Shown piece after piece: positions 51,692 through 60,352 of a DNA stretch of 64,000 nucleotides. The position numbers were made by a program, and so were the translations under genes. The notes under the pieces were generated by a model. That model saw only the letters and a program-made list of their open reading frames with translations, did not search any database and was not told the origin of the DNA. This DNA comes from Rhodothermales bacterium (GTDB taxonomy: Bacteria > Bacteroidota > Rhodothermia > Rhodothermales > JANQRZ01). Location: contig JBDUXZ010000020.1 of NCBI GenBank assembly GCA_039944855.1, positions 377,145 to 441,144 of the forward strand, in the 5' to 3' direction. How positions within the stretch are numbered: position 1 is the first letter of the stretch; every line of letters starts with the position of its first letter.

Positions 51692-54070
51692 CTATTCGTA
51701 GCGGAGCGCTTTGACGGGGTCGGTCGTCGCCGCGCGGAGGGCCTGGTAGCTCACGGTGAGGAGCGCCACGGCGAGGGCGAGGCCGCCGGCGAAGAGGAAG
51801 ACGCCGGGCCCGAGCGCGATGCGGTAGGCGAAGTCGGCCAGCCAGTCCCGCATCACGAAATACGCCAGCGGCGCCGCGATCACGAACGCTACACCGACGA
51901 GCGCGAGGAACTCCTTCGACAGCAGCGCCACGAGGCCGGGCACGCTCGCGCCGAGCACCTTCCGCACGCCGATCTCCTTCCGCCGCTGCTCGGCCGTGAA
52001 CGTCGCGAGCCCGAAGAGTCCGAGGCAGGCGATGACGATCGCGAGGACGGTGAAGCCGCGCGAGAGGCGCGCGAAGTTGGCCTCTTCCTGATACTGCCGC
52101 GCGAACTCCTGGTCGAGGAAGCTGTACTCGAACGGGTAATCCGGGTTGACCGCGCGCCACGCGACTTCGACGGCAGCGAGCGTCCCGGTCACGTCGGCGG
52201 GGCGGAGCTTGACGGCGAGCAGCGGGTTCTGCGCCGGCTGGTAGAGCATCATCAGCGGCTCCACCTGGTGCCGCACCGAGGCGTAGTGGAAGTCCTTGAC
52301 CACGCCGACGACGGTCCGCTCGGTCTCGCCGAACGTAAGGTGCTTGCCGACGGCGTCCGTCCACCCGAACGCCCGCACGGCCGCTTCGTTGAGGAGCACG
52401 GCCTCCGTCGTGTCGGTGCCGAAGGCGGGGGAGAAGTTGCGCCCGGCGGCGAGTTCCATGCCCATCGTCGGGAGGAACTGGTCGTCGATGCCGAGGGCGC
52501 TGATGATCCAGACGTCCTCCTCGCTCGCACCCTCGGGGAGCACGCCGCGCCGGCCGAGCTGGCGGCCCGGCATCGACGTCGCGCCCGCGATTCCGGCGAC
52601 GGAGGGCGCGCGGCGGAGCGCTGCTTCGAGCGCGTCGGCGTTGCGCTGGAGCTGAGCGTCGCCGAGTTCGAGCACGAGGACCTGGTCGCGCTGGTAGCCC
52701 ATGTTCTTGTCCATGATGAACCCGAGCTGCTCTGACACCACGAGCGCCCCGACGATCATCACGACCGACGCGGCGAACTGCGTCACGACGAGCGCGCGCC
52801 GCAGCAGCCCGCCCCGCGCGCTCCCGCCGAACGACCCCTTGAGGACGGCCGCCGGCTGGAACTGCGAGAGGACGAACGCGGGGTACGCCCCGGCGAGGAG
52901 CGCGACGAACAGCATCACGCCAACCAGCAGCAGCGCGAACGTCGGGTCGGCGAGCACGCCGAGCGCGAGCTGCTTGCCGAGCGCCGCGTTGACGACGGGC
53001 AGCGAGGCCGCGACGAGGCCGAGCGCGACAGCGAACGCGAGCACGCACAGCAGCAGCGACTCGCCGAGGTGCTGCCACACGAGCTGCGAGCGGTTCGCCC
53101 CCATCGACTTGCGCAGCCCGACCTCGCGCGCCCGCTCCGCCGACCGCGCCGTCGCGAGGTTCATGAAGTTGAAGCACGCGATGAGGAGCACGAACACGGC
53201 CACGGCCGAGAGCCCGACGACGTAGCCCTGATCGCTCTTGCCCGTGCTCTCGTCGAAGAGGATGTCGGACGAGCGGAGGTGGACGTCGGCGAGCGGCTGG
53301 AGCGTCACCGAGAAGTTATCGCCGACCTCGTTCCGGCGGATGATCTCCTCCATTCGAGGGAGCACAGACGCCGCCGCGGCCGGGTCGCGGAGGACGACGT
53401 AGGTCGTCAGGCTGATGCTGTTCCACGAGTCGAGGAACTGCCGGAAGCCGTCCTCGTCGGGCCCCGGCACGAGCGACTGGAGGAGGTCGAACTGGAGGCT
53501 CGACGCGACGGGTGGATCGGCGGCGACGCCCGTCACCCGCACGTCCGTGTCGTGGTTGAGCGTGATCGTCTGCCCGAGCGCCTCGTCGTCGCCGAAGAGG
53601 CGTCGGGCCGTGGACTCGGTGAGGACGACGGTGTTCGGCTCGGCGAGGGCCGTCGCCGCGTCGCCCGCGCGGAGCGGGAAGTCAAAGACGACGAAGAACG
53701 ACGGCTCGGCGAGGACCGTCGCCTCAGCGTAGAGGTCCGTGTCCCCGACGGTCATCAGCTGCCGCCCGACGCCGTTGAGCCGGACCGATTCCTCGACCTC
53801 GGGCAGTTCCGCCTCCATCGTCGGGCCGAGTGCCGGGAGCGTGATGCCGACGCGCGTGCTCGTGACGCCGAGCGCCTCGTCGATCGTCAGCACGCGGAAG
53901 ATCCGGTCCGCCTTCGCGTGGCCCCGGTCGAAGGCGAGGTCCTGGCGGACGCTCAAGAAGATGAGCAGGGCACACGCCATCCCGATGGCGAGGCCGGCGA
54001 TGTTGATGAACGAGAAAGCCTTCCGCTTGGCGAGGTTGCGGAGGGCGATTTTGAGGTAGTTCGTCAGCAT
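51692..54070 (-). CDS. MacB/FtsX-type ABC permease, duplicated (~792 aa)
   Basis: Start chosen at ATG 54070 (MLTNYLKIALRNLAKRKAFSFINIAGL) by analogy with the paralogues. It has EVGLRKSMGA and EIGVRKVLGA loops and the C-terminus DPVKALRYE. Confidence 0.9.
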   Translation of the reverse strand: MLTNYLKIALRNLAKRKAFSFINIAGLAIGMACALLIFLSVRQDLAFDRGHAKADRIFRVLTIDEALGVTSTRVGITLPALGPTMEAELPEVEESVRLNGVGRQLMTVGDTDLYAEATVLAEPSFFVVFDFPLRAGDAATALAEPNTVVLTESTARRLFGDDEALGQTITLNHDTDVRVTGVAADPPVASSLQFDLLQSLVPGPDEDGFRQFLDSWNSISLTTYVVLRDPAAAASVLPRMEEIIRRNEVGDNFSVTLQPLADVHLRSSDILFDESTGKSDQGYVVGLSAVAVFVLLIACFNFMNLATARSAERAREVGLRKSMGANRSQLVWQHLGESLLLCVLAFAVALGLVAASLPVVNAALGKQLALGVLADPTFALLLVGVMLFVALLAGAYPAFVLSQFQPAAVLKGSFGGSARGGLLRRALVVTQFAASVVMIVGALVVSEQLGFIMDKNMGYQRDQVLVLELGDAQLQRNADALEAALRRAPSVAGIAGATSMPGRQLGRRGVLPEGASEEDVWIISALGIDDQFLPTMGMELAAGRNFSPAFGTDTTEAVLLNEAAVRAFGWTDAVGKHLTFGETERTVVGVVKDFHYASVRHQVEPLMMLYQPAQNPLLAVKLRPADVTGTLAAVEVAWRAVNPDYPFEYSFLDQEFARQYQEEANFARLSRGFTVLAIVIACLGLFGLATFTAEQRRKEIGVRKVLGASVPGLVALLSKEFLALVGVAFVIAAPLAYFVMRDWLADFAYRIALGPGVFLFAGGLALAVALLTVSYQALRAATTDPVKALRYE

Positions 54071-54104
54071 CGGCGGTAGCGGCGAAGGGGCTGGACTCCC
54101 CATT

Positions 54105-54121
54105 ACAAGCGATATGCCAGC
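54105..54121 (-). promoter_or_regulatory. Candidate sigma-54 (-24/-12) promoter of the permease operon
   Basis: Coding strand reads GCTGGCATATCGCTTGT, i.e. CTGGCAT-N5-TTGT versus the consensus YTGGCAC-N5-TTGCW. It lies 34 nt from the start codon. An identical 17-mer sits at identical spacing upstream of the paralogue at 57763. Confidence 0.4.
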
Positions 54122-54171
54122 CGCGTCACCCGGCCTAAACGCGAGCACGACGCGGGTGCGGCGGCGGCCGG

Positions 54172-54205
54172 TGTGCGCCAGCGCCCACCCGCTGTGCGCC
54201 AGCGC
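54172..54205 (-). promoter_or_regulatory. Tandem 13-bp direct repeat (candidate activator/enhancer-binding site)
   Basis: TGTGCGCCAGCGC-CCACCCGC-TGTGCGCCAGCGC on the plus strand, with a 21-bp period. It is 50 nt upstream (in the coding sense) of the 17-mer. The same block occurs at 57866-57899. Confidence 0.4.
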
Positions 54206-54411
54206 GCAACGCGTGCCGACCGGCGCGGGAGGCGCCACGCGGACGGTGCGACGGTTCGATGAACGGCGGGGGAGTCGGAATGGGATGAATAGGTTGCGGG
54301 TTGCTAGTATTTGATTCCTTTGGTTTAAAGCAAGCGCGCTAACCCGCTGCCGACTACCTTGAAAGCGGCTTCGGCCCGACCTGCTCCGATCACCTCAACC
54401 CCCGTTGCGCT

Positions 54412-55287
54412 ATGCGATACGTTTCTCTCCTGCTCCTCGCAGGCTTCCTCTCCCCCGTGATCTCCCCCGCTGCCGCGCAAGACGGTCCCGTGTTCTACAT
54501 GACCCAGCACAAAATCCATCAGGCTCGGGTGGACAGCCTCACCGCGCTCACGGAGAAGTACGACATCCCGTGGCACAACTTCGTCGCAGACAACGTGGAG
54601 GGCTACGAGCGGTGGCACATGCGCCACGACACCGGCAACGAGTACAACTTCATGACCGTGACGATGTACCCCGACTGGGATATGGTCCGCGGCGATGAGA
54701 TTCCGTTCGACGACTTCGGTCCGGGGTTCGCCGCTTCGATGGGCATGACCGTGGAGGAAATGGAGGCCGAGGACGGCATGGTCAATACGGCGTTCGAATG
54801 GGCCTATGACGGCTCCGAACACATAGACCAGATCTGGCGACCCATCGCGCGGGCTATCCGGAGTGGGAACGAAGACGGCGACATGAAGCCGGACATGGTG
54901 GCGTACATGACGCAGTTCAAGATCAAGCCTTCGCGCATGGATAGCCTCGTCGCCCTCATCCAGACCTACGACGTCCCGTGGCACACCTTCGTCGCGGAGA
55001 ACGTCGAGGGGTACGAGCGCTTCTGGATGCGCCACGACACCGGCAACGAGTACAACTTCATGGTGGTCACGAACTATCCGAACTGGGACATGATGGACAG
55101 CGTCCCGTACGACGAGCTCTTCCCGAAATTCGCCGCCTCGCAAGGCATGACGATGGAGGAGGCCGAGGGGATGGGCGTAGAGGAGAAGTTCAACTGGGCT
55201 TACGAAGGGGCCGAGCACATGGACCAGATCTGGCGGCCCATCGTGGCGGCGGACATGGGCATGGAGAAGATGGACGAGATGGAGTAG
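54412..55287 (+). CDS. Secreted protein made of two tandem homologous ~120-aa domains, function unknown
   Basis: Signal peptide MRYVSLLLLAGFLSPVISPAAAQ. Residues 27-146 and 163-278 align: VFYMTQHKIHQARVDSLTALTEKYDIPWHNFVADNVEGYERWHMRHDTGNEYNFM versus VAYMTQFKIKPSRMDSLVALIQTYDVPWHTFVAENVEGYERFWMRHDTGNEYNFM. Both end in DQIWRPI. Confidence 0.7.
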   Translation: MRYVSLLLLAGFLSPVISPAAAQDGPVFYMTQHKIHQARVDSLTALTEKYDIPWHNFVADNVEGYERWHMRHDTGNEYNFMTVTMYPDWDMVRGDEIPFDDFGPGFAASMGMTVEEMEAEDGMVNTAFEWAYDGSEHIDQIWRPIARAIRSGNEDGDMKPDMVAYMTQFKIKPSRMDSLVALIQTYDVPWHTFVAENVEGYERFWMRHDTGNEYNFMVVTNYPNWDMMDSVPYDELFPKFAASQGMTMEEAEGMGVEEKFNWAYEGAEHMDQIWRPIVAADMGMEKMDEME

Positions 55288-55317
55288 AACGGGCGTCTCT
55301 CGCCGTTCGCTGAACGC

Positions 55318-55352
55318 CACGCGGCCCGCCGGTTCTCCGGTCGGGCCGCGTG
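55318..55352. terminator. Hairpin between convergent genes
   Basis: CACGCGGCCCG-(13 nt)-CGGGCCGCGTG is an 11-bp perfect stem between stop 55287 (+) and stop 55391 (-). Confidence 0.5.
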
Positions 55353-55390
55353 TGCTTGGGGCCGACGACTCGGCACGAGCGCGCCGATCT

Positions 55391-57763
55391 CTACTCGGTG
55401 CGTAGGGCCTTGACCGGGTCGGCGGTGGCGGCGCGGAAGGCCTGCGTGCTCACCGTCACCAGGGCAATCGCGAAGAGGAGTGCACCAGCGATGAGGAATG
55501 GTCCCGGCCCGAGCCCGATGCGATAGGCGAAGCCGTCGAGCCACGCGTCCATCCCGAGCCACGCTAGCGGCACCGCTATGACGAACGCCACGCCGACGAG
55601 CAGCACGAAGTCGCGGGCGAGGAGCAGCACGAGATTCGCCACGCTCGCGCCGAGCACCTTTCGCACGCCGACCTCGCGCGTCCGACGCTCCGCCGTGAAC
55701 GAAGCCAGCCCGAACAGCCCGAGGCACGCCACGAAGACGGCGAGGAACGCGAACACGCTCACGATCTGCCCCGTCCGCCGCTCGTTCCGGTAGAGCCGGT
55801 CGTACACGTCGTCGAGGAAGCGGTACGAGAACGGGCGGTGTGCAGCGAACTGGCCCCAGACGGTCTCGACGTGGTCCAGCCCGGCGCGCGTCTCGCCCGG
55901 CGCGAGGCGGATAGCGAGGTTGAACACGTTGCCCGGATCGTACCAGATGGAGAGGGGCTCGATCGTCTCGTGGAGCGAGCGGAAATGGAAGTCCTCGACG
56001 ACGCCGAGCACCTCGCCCCACCGGCTGTCCACGGCCACGCGCCGTCCCACCGCTTCCTCCGGGGTCCAGCCGAGCCTGGCGACGGTCGTCTCGTTGAGGA
56101 TGTGCAGATAGTTTGCCGAGTCCGGCTCCGGCGGGTCTGCCGGGAAGCCGCGCCCGGCGACGAGCTGCAGCCCGAGCCCATCCACGACGGTGGCCTGTGC
56201 GGGGAGGCCTTTGATCAGAAACTCGTCTTCCTCAGCGAGGCCTTCCGCGTGGAAGCCGGAGGTCCAGCCGAGCTGGCCGGGAATCTGGTTGATGCCCGCC
56301 GTCGCCACGATGCCGGGGTGCTGGCGCAACGCCACCTCCATCGCCGGGTATTTCTCCAGCAGGATCTGGTCGTTGAGCGGGAGCACGACGAGGTGCTCCT
56401 TGTCGAACCCGAGCGCCTGATCACCCATGAAGCGGAGCTGGCTGAGGACGACGAGCGTCCCCGCGATCAGGAACGCCGAGATCCCGAACTGGAGCACGAC
56501 GAGCCCCTTGCGCAGCCACGTCGCGCCGCCGCCCGCGATGGCTCGGCTGCGGAGCACGCGCGCGGGGTGGAACGCCGAGAGGTAGAACGCCGGATAGCTC
56601 CCGGCTACCAAGCTCACGACGAGGAACGTCCCGGCGATGAGGGCCACGACCCCCGGCTCGCCGAGCGCCGCGAACCCCAGCGCCTTGCCGCTGAGCGCGT
56701 TGAACGCCGGCAGCCCGAGCCCGACGATCCCGAGCGCGAGCAGCACCCCGCCGAGCGTGAGGAGGGCCGACTCGCTATAGAACTGCCCGACGAGTTGTCC
56801 CCGGTACGCCCCGAGCGACTTCCGCAGCCCGACCTCTTTGGCTCGCTGCCCGGCGCGCGCCGTCGCGAGATTCATGTAGTTGATGCACGCGATCAGCAGG
56901 ATCAGCAGCGCCACCGTCGCGAACCCGTAGACCGCCGTGCGGTCGCCCGTCGCGTCGAGGTCGTACGCGATGTCGGTGCGGAGGTGGATATCGGTCAGCG
57001 GTTGGAGCGCGAGGATGCGGACGTTCTCCTCGTTCTCGGCCCGGAGCCGCTCGGTGAGTGCATCGATCTTCGTCTGGAGCGGCGCGGCGGCCTCGGCGTC
57101 TGGGAGGCGGAGGAAGGTGAAGAAGTTGGCCGAGCCCCACTGCTCGTTCTTCGCCCAGTTCTCCCGAGAGGCAAAGGATGCGAGGAAGTCGAACGAGAAG
57201 TGCGAGGTCGCGGGTACGTCCTCCATCACGCCTGTCACCTCGAACGCCTGATCGTTATTACGGACGATCGTCTGCCCGAGCGGGCTCGCGTCGCCGAAAA
57301 ACTTCTCGGCCGTCGACGCCGTGAGCACGGCCGTGTTGGGACGATTCAGTGCCGTCGCCGCGTTGCCTGCGAGGAGGGTGAACCCGTCGAAGACGTCGAA
57401 GAACGTCGAGTCGGCGAAGTAGAAGTGGTTGTCGTCGAAGATCCGCTCCCCCGCGCGGACCACGCCGCCGTGGGCCTCGATGCGGGTGGCGGCGAGCACC
57501 TCGGGAAACTCCCGCCTCAGGAGGGGCGCGACGATGTTGGGACTGATCGCGATCGTCGCGTCGAGCTGTGGGACCTCCACGTTGACGCGGTAGACCGACT
57601 CGGCGCTGGGGTGGAAGCGGTCGTAGCTCAACTCCTCGCGCACGAAGAGGAGCAGGAACAGGCAGCACGCGAGGCCGACCGCGAGGCCGACGATGTTGAG
57701 CGCGGCGTACCCGGGCTGACGGCGGAGATTCCGGAGGGCGATGCGGAGGTAGTTCGTCAGCAT
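55391..57763 (-). CDS. MacB/FtsX-type ABC permease, duplicated (~790 aa), apparently monocistronic
   Basis: Start at ATG 57763 (MLTNYLRIALRNLRRQPGYAALNIVGL) by paralogue alignment. It has EVGLRKSLGA and EVGVRKVLGA loops and the C-terminus DPVKALRTE. The track start at 57832 adds 23 non-conserved codons. Confidence 0.9.
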   Translation of the reverse strand: MLTNYLRIALRNLRRQPGYAALNIVGLAVGLACCLFLLLFVREELSYDRFHPSAESVYRVNVEVPQLDATIAISPNIVAPLLRREFPEVLAATRIEAHGGVVRAGERIFDDNHFYFADSTFFDVFDGFTLLAGNAATALNRPNTAVLTASTAEKFFGDASPLGQTIVRNNDQAFEVTGVMEDVPATSHFSFDFLASFASRENWAKNEQWGSANFFTFLRLPDAEAAAPLQTKIDALTERLRAENEENVRILALQPLTDIHLRTDIAYDLDATGDRTAVYGFATVALLILLIACINYMNLATARAGQRAKEVGLRKSLGAYRGQLVGQFYSESALLTLGGVLLALGIVGLGLPAFNALSGKALGFAALGEPGVVALIAGTFLVVSLVAGSYPAFYLSAFHPARVLRSRAIAGGGATWLRKGLVVLQFGISAFLIAGTLVVLSQLRFMGDQALGFDKEHLVVLPLNDQILLEKYPAMEVALRQHPGIVATAGINQIPGQLGWTSGFHAEGLAEEDEFLIKGLPAQATVVDGLGLQLVAGRGFPADPPEPDSANYLHILNETTVARLGWTPEEAVGRRVAVDSRWGEVLGVVEDFHFRSLHETIEPLSIWYDPGNVFNLAIRLAPGETRAGLDHVETVWGQFAAHRPFSYRFLDDVYDRLYRNERRTGQIVSVFAFLAVFVACLGLFGLASFTAERRTREVGVRKVLGASVANLVLLLARDFVLLVGVAFVIAVPLAWLGMDAWLDGFAYRIGLGPGPFLIAGALLFAIALVTVSTQAFRAATADPVKALRTE

Positions 57764-57797
57764 GAGCGGGCGGAGGCTGAGTGTGCTGGGGACCAGC

Positions 57798-57814
57798 ACA
57801 AGCGATATGCCAGC
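57798..57814 (-). promoter_or_regulatory. Second copy of the sigma-54-like 17-mer
   Basis: Coding strand GCTGGCATATCGCTTGT, again 34 nt from the start codon (57763). Confidence 0.4.
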
Positions 57815-57865
57815 GTCCCCCGAGTCGCTCAAATAAGAGCGATGGGCGCGTGCGCGGCCGGTCGG

Positions 57866-57899
57866 TGTGCGCCAGCGCCCACCGGCTGTGCGGCAGCGC
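57866..57899 (-). promoter_or_regulatory. Second copy of the tandem 13-bp direct repeat
   Basis: TGTGCGCCAGCGC-CCACCGGC-TGTGCGGCAGCGC on the plus strand, with one mismatch in the distal unit and a 21-bp period. It is 51 nt from the 17-mer. Confidence 0.4.
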
Positions 57900-58047
57900 G
57901 CAGGTCGTCGCTATATGCCTAGGCATTCAGGGTATGAGGAAGTGCCTTGGCCGGCGAGGCTTGGCTCCCCTAGAATATCTGGGTATACGAGGTCGAGGCT
58001 GCCGCTCCGGCATCCTCTTCCCGTCCTCGACCCTAGCCTGCCCAGCT

Positions 58048-59901
58048 ATGCCTCCTCGCTACGCGCTGTCCTTCGCCCTCTTCGCTCTCGTCTTCACGCT
58101 CGCACCGACGCTCCACGCGCAGTCGTTCACCCGCGTGACCACCGGCCCCGTTGCCACCCACAGCGATAACAGCCTCGGCGTCGCGTGGGGCGACTACGAC
58201 GACGACGGCGACCCGGACCTCTTCGTGGCGAACGGCGGCCAGCCGAGCCGACTTTACCGCAACGACGGCGACGGCACGTTCTCGGCCGTCGCCAACGGCC
58301 CGGTCGTCACGACGCTCGGCGATTCGCGCGGTAGCGTCTGGGCCGACTACGACAACGACGGCGATCTCGACCTCTACGTCAGCAACCGGGGCGGGAACGT
58401 GCCGCCGCCCGTCACGCAGCCTGCGCAGGCGAACTTCCTCTACCGCAACGACGGCCCGCCGACCTTCGGCTTCACCCGCGTCAACGACATGCCGCCCGCG
58501 ACGGAAGCCAATTTCACGTGGAGCAGCAGCTGGGTCGATTACGACAACGACGGTGACCTCGACCTCCACGTGCCCGACAACCTCCACGCGGCCGACGACT
58601 TCTTCTACGAGAACGACGGCAGCGGGCAGTTCACGTCGGTGACGCCCACGTTCGTCGAGCCCGGCTCCGAGCCGAGCACGGGCGTCGCGAGCTGGATCGA
58701 CTTCGACGGCGACGGCGATCAGGACCTGCTCCTCGCCAAGAGTGGGCGCTTCCTGCCGGGCCAGGCCGAGAACCACCGCCTCTTCCGCGGCCTCCTTGCG
58801 GACACCGGCACGCTCGGGTTCGAGGAGGTCACCACGGGCGGCGTCGTGACCCATTTCGACAACGACTTCCAGGCGAGTTGGGGCGACTATGACAACGACG
58901 GCGATCCCGACCTCTTCCTCGGCCACGCCGGCGGGCCGCGCGGCGTCTCGAACTACCTCTACCGCAACGACGGTGACGGCGTGTTCACCGCCATCACGAG
59001 CGGCCCCGTCGTGACCGACACCGACGGCACGCTCGGCAGCGGCTGGGGCGACTACGACAATGACGGTGACCTCGACCTGCTCGTCGCGAACGGCGGACTC
59101 GACAAGCTCTACCGCAACGACGGGGACGGCACGTTCACCTCGATGACATCGGCCGACGTAGGGTCCATCGTCTCGACCTCGGGCAACTCCTGGGGCGCGG
59201 CGTGGGCCGACTACGACAACGACGGATTCCTCGACGCCGTCGTCGTCAACGCGGCCACGGGGCCGGGTGGCAACTCGAACGCTCTCTACCGCAACACCGC
59301 CACGAACGGCAACCACTGGATCAACATCCGCGTGGTCGGTACCACGTCGAACCGCTCCGGCATCGGGGCCGTCGTCCGCGTGAAGGCGACGATCTCGGAT
59401 GCGCCGACGTGGCAGACCCGCTACATCATGGGCAGTCCGACGGGCGACCGCAGCCAGGACGACCTCCGCGCGCACTTCGGTCTCGGCGATGCCACAGAGA
59501 TCGACTCGGTCGTCGTCGCGTGGCCGTCGGGGGCGGAAGACGTGTACGAGGCTGTGGGGAGCAACGCGTTCTTCCGCGCCGTCGAAGGCGGCGACCTCCT
59601 GCCGGTCGCGAGCGAAGATGCTTCCGTACCGAGTGGCGACGAGGCGGGGCTTCGGCTCGACCTCCACCCGAATCCGGCGCGGGACCGGGCGGCGCTGTCG
59701 TTCACGCTCGCGCGACCGGGCGTAGTGCGGGTGCGGATCTACGACGTGCTCGGGCGGATCGTACGGACACCTCCGGCAGAGCAGCACGCGGCCGGTGAGC
59801 AGCAGGTGACGCTGGACGTGGCGGGCCTGCCCGCCGGCGTCTACCTCATCGCGGTCGAGGCGGGCGGGCAGCGGCGGGTGGAGCGGATGGTGCGGTTGTG
59901 A
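58048..59901 (+). CDS. CRTAC1-family secreted protein (FG-GAP/VCBS repeats, ASPIC/UnbV domain) with a T9SS C-terminal sorting domain
   Basis: ATG 58048 with a signal peptide. Repeated WGDYDNDGDLDLFVAN...LYRNDGDGTF units. UnbV/ASPIC core NHWINIRVVGTTSNRSGIGAVVRV. C-terminal CTD HPNPARDRAALSFTLARPGVVRVRIYDVLGRIV...GVYLIAV. Confidence 0.85.
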   Translation: MPPRYALSFALFALVFTLAPTLHAQSFTRVTTGPVATHSDNSLGVAWGDYDDDGDPDLFVANGGQPSRLYRNDGDGTFSAVANGPVVTTLGDSRGSVWADYDNDGDLDLYVSNRGGNVPPPVTQPAQANFLYRNDGPPTFGFTRVNDMPPATEANFTWSSSWVDYDNDGDLDLHVPDNLHAADDFFYENDGSGQFTSVTPTFVEPGSEPSTGVASWIDFDGDGDQDLLLAKSGRFLPGQAENHRLFRGLLADTGTLGFEEVTTGGVVTHFDNDFQASWGDYDNDGDPDLFLGHAGGPRGVSNYLYRNDGDGVFTAITSGPVVTDTDGTLGSGWGDYDNDGDLDLLVANGGLDKLYRNDGDGTFTSMTSADVGSIVSTSGNSWGAAWADYDNDGFLDAVVVNAATGPGGNSNALYRNTATNGNHWINIRVVGTTSNRSGIGAVVRVKATISDAPTWQTRYIMGSPTGDRSQDDLRAHFGLGDATEIDSVVVAWPSGAEDVYEAVGSNAFFRAVEGGDLLPVASEDASVPSGDEAGLRLDLHPNPARDRAALSFTLARPGVVRVRIYDVLGRIVRTPPAEQHAAGEQQVTLDVAGLPAGVYLIAVEAGGQRRVERMVRL

Positions 59902-59940
59902 GCGAGGATGCCGACGGAGAGTAGAGACAGGCTTTTCCCC

Positions 59941-59969
59941 TTGACACACAAGGGGTGGATCCCTACGTT
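59941..59969 (+). promoter_or_regulatory. Sigma-70-like promoter candidate for the PadR operon, overlapped by a small palindrome
   Basis: TTGACA-17 nt-TACGTT, 36 nt before ATG 60005. The palindrome CCCCTT-GACACAC-AAGGGG (59937-59955) overlaps the -35 element. 28 of 37 positions are shared with the region upstream of 61707. Confidence 0.3.
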
Positions 59970-60004
59970 TCGGGCCTCTCCCCTGCTCTCCGACCGCCGC
60001 TCCG

Positions 60005-60349
60005 ATGCCCCGCAAACCCGGCGAGCTGCTGCAAGGCACGCTCGACATGCTGATCCTGAAGACGCTCACCGCCGGGCCGATGCACGGCTACGCCATCGTG
60101 CGTCGCCTGCAACAGGTCTCCGACGAGGCACTCGTCGTCGAGGAGGGCTCGCTCTACCCGGCGCTCTACCGCATGGCGGCGAAGGGCTGGATCGAGGCCG
60201 AGTGGGGCACGTCGGAGAACAACCGCCGGGCGAAATTCTATCGACTCACGTCGGCGGGAAAGCGCCAGCTCGATGAGGAGGTCGCGTTCTGGGAACGGTT
60301 CACGACCGCCACGGCAAAGGTGCTTCAGTTCGCGCCGACGGAGGGCTGA
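60005..60349 (+). CDS. PadR-family transcriptional regulator
   Basis: LKTLTAGPMHGYAIVRRLQQVS...EGSLYPALYRMAAKGWIEAEWGTSENNRRAKFYRLTSAGKRQL is the canonical PadR winged-helix pattern. Confidence 0.9.
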   Translation: MPRKPGELLQGTLDMLILKTLTAGPMHGYAIVRRLQQVSDEALVVEEGSLYPALYRMAAKGWIEAEWGTSENNRRAKFYRLTSAGKRQLDEEVAFWERFTTATAKVLQFAPTEG

Positions 60350-60352
60350 GCC

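Noticed and set aside
54321-54335. TGGTTTAAAGCAAGC upstream of 54412 as a second sigma-54 promoter (GG-N10-GC spacing)
   Set aside because: Only the GG/GC spacing matches. The flanking consensus bases do not, and there is no second copy to support it. This is too weak to call.
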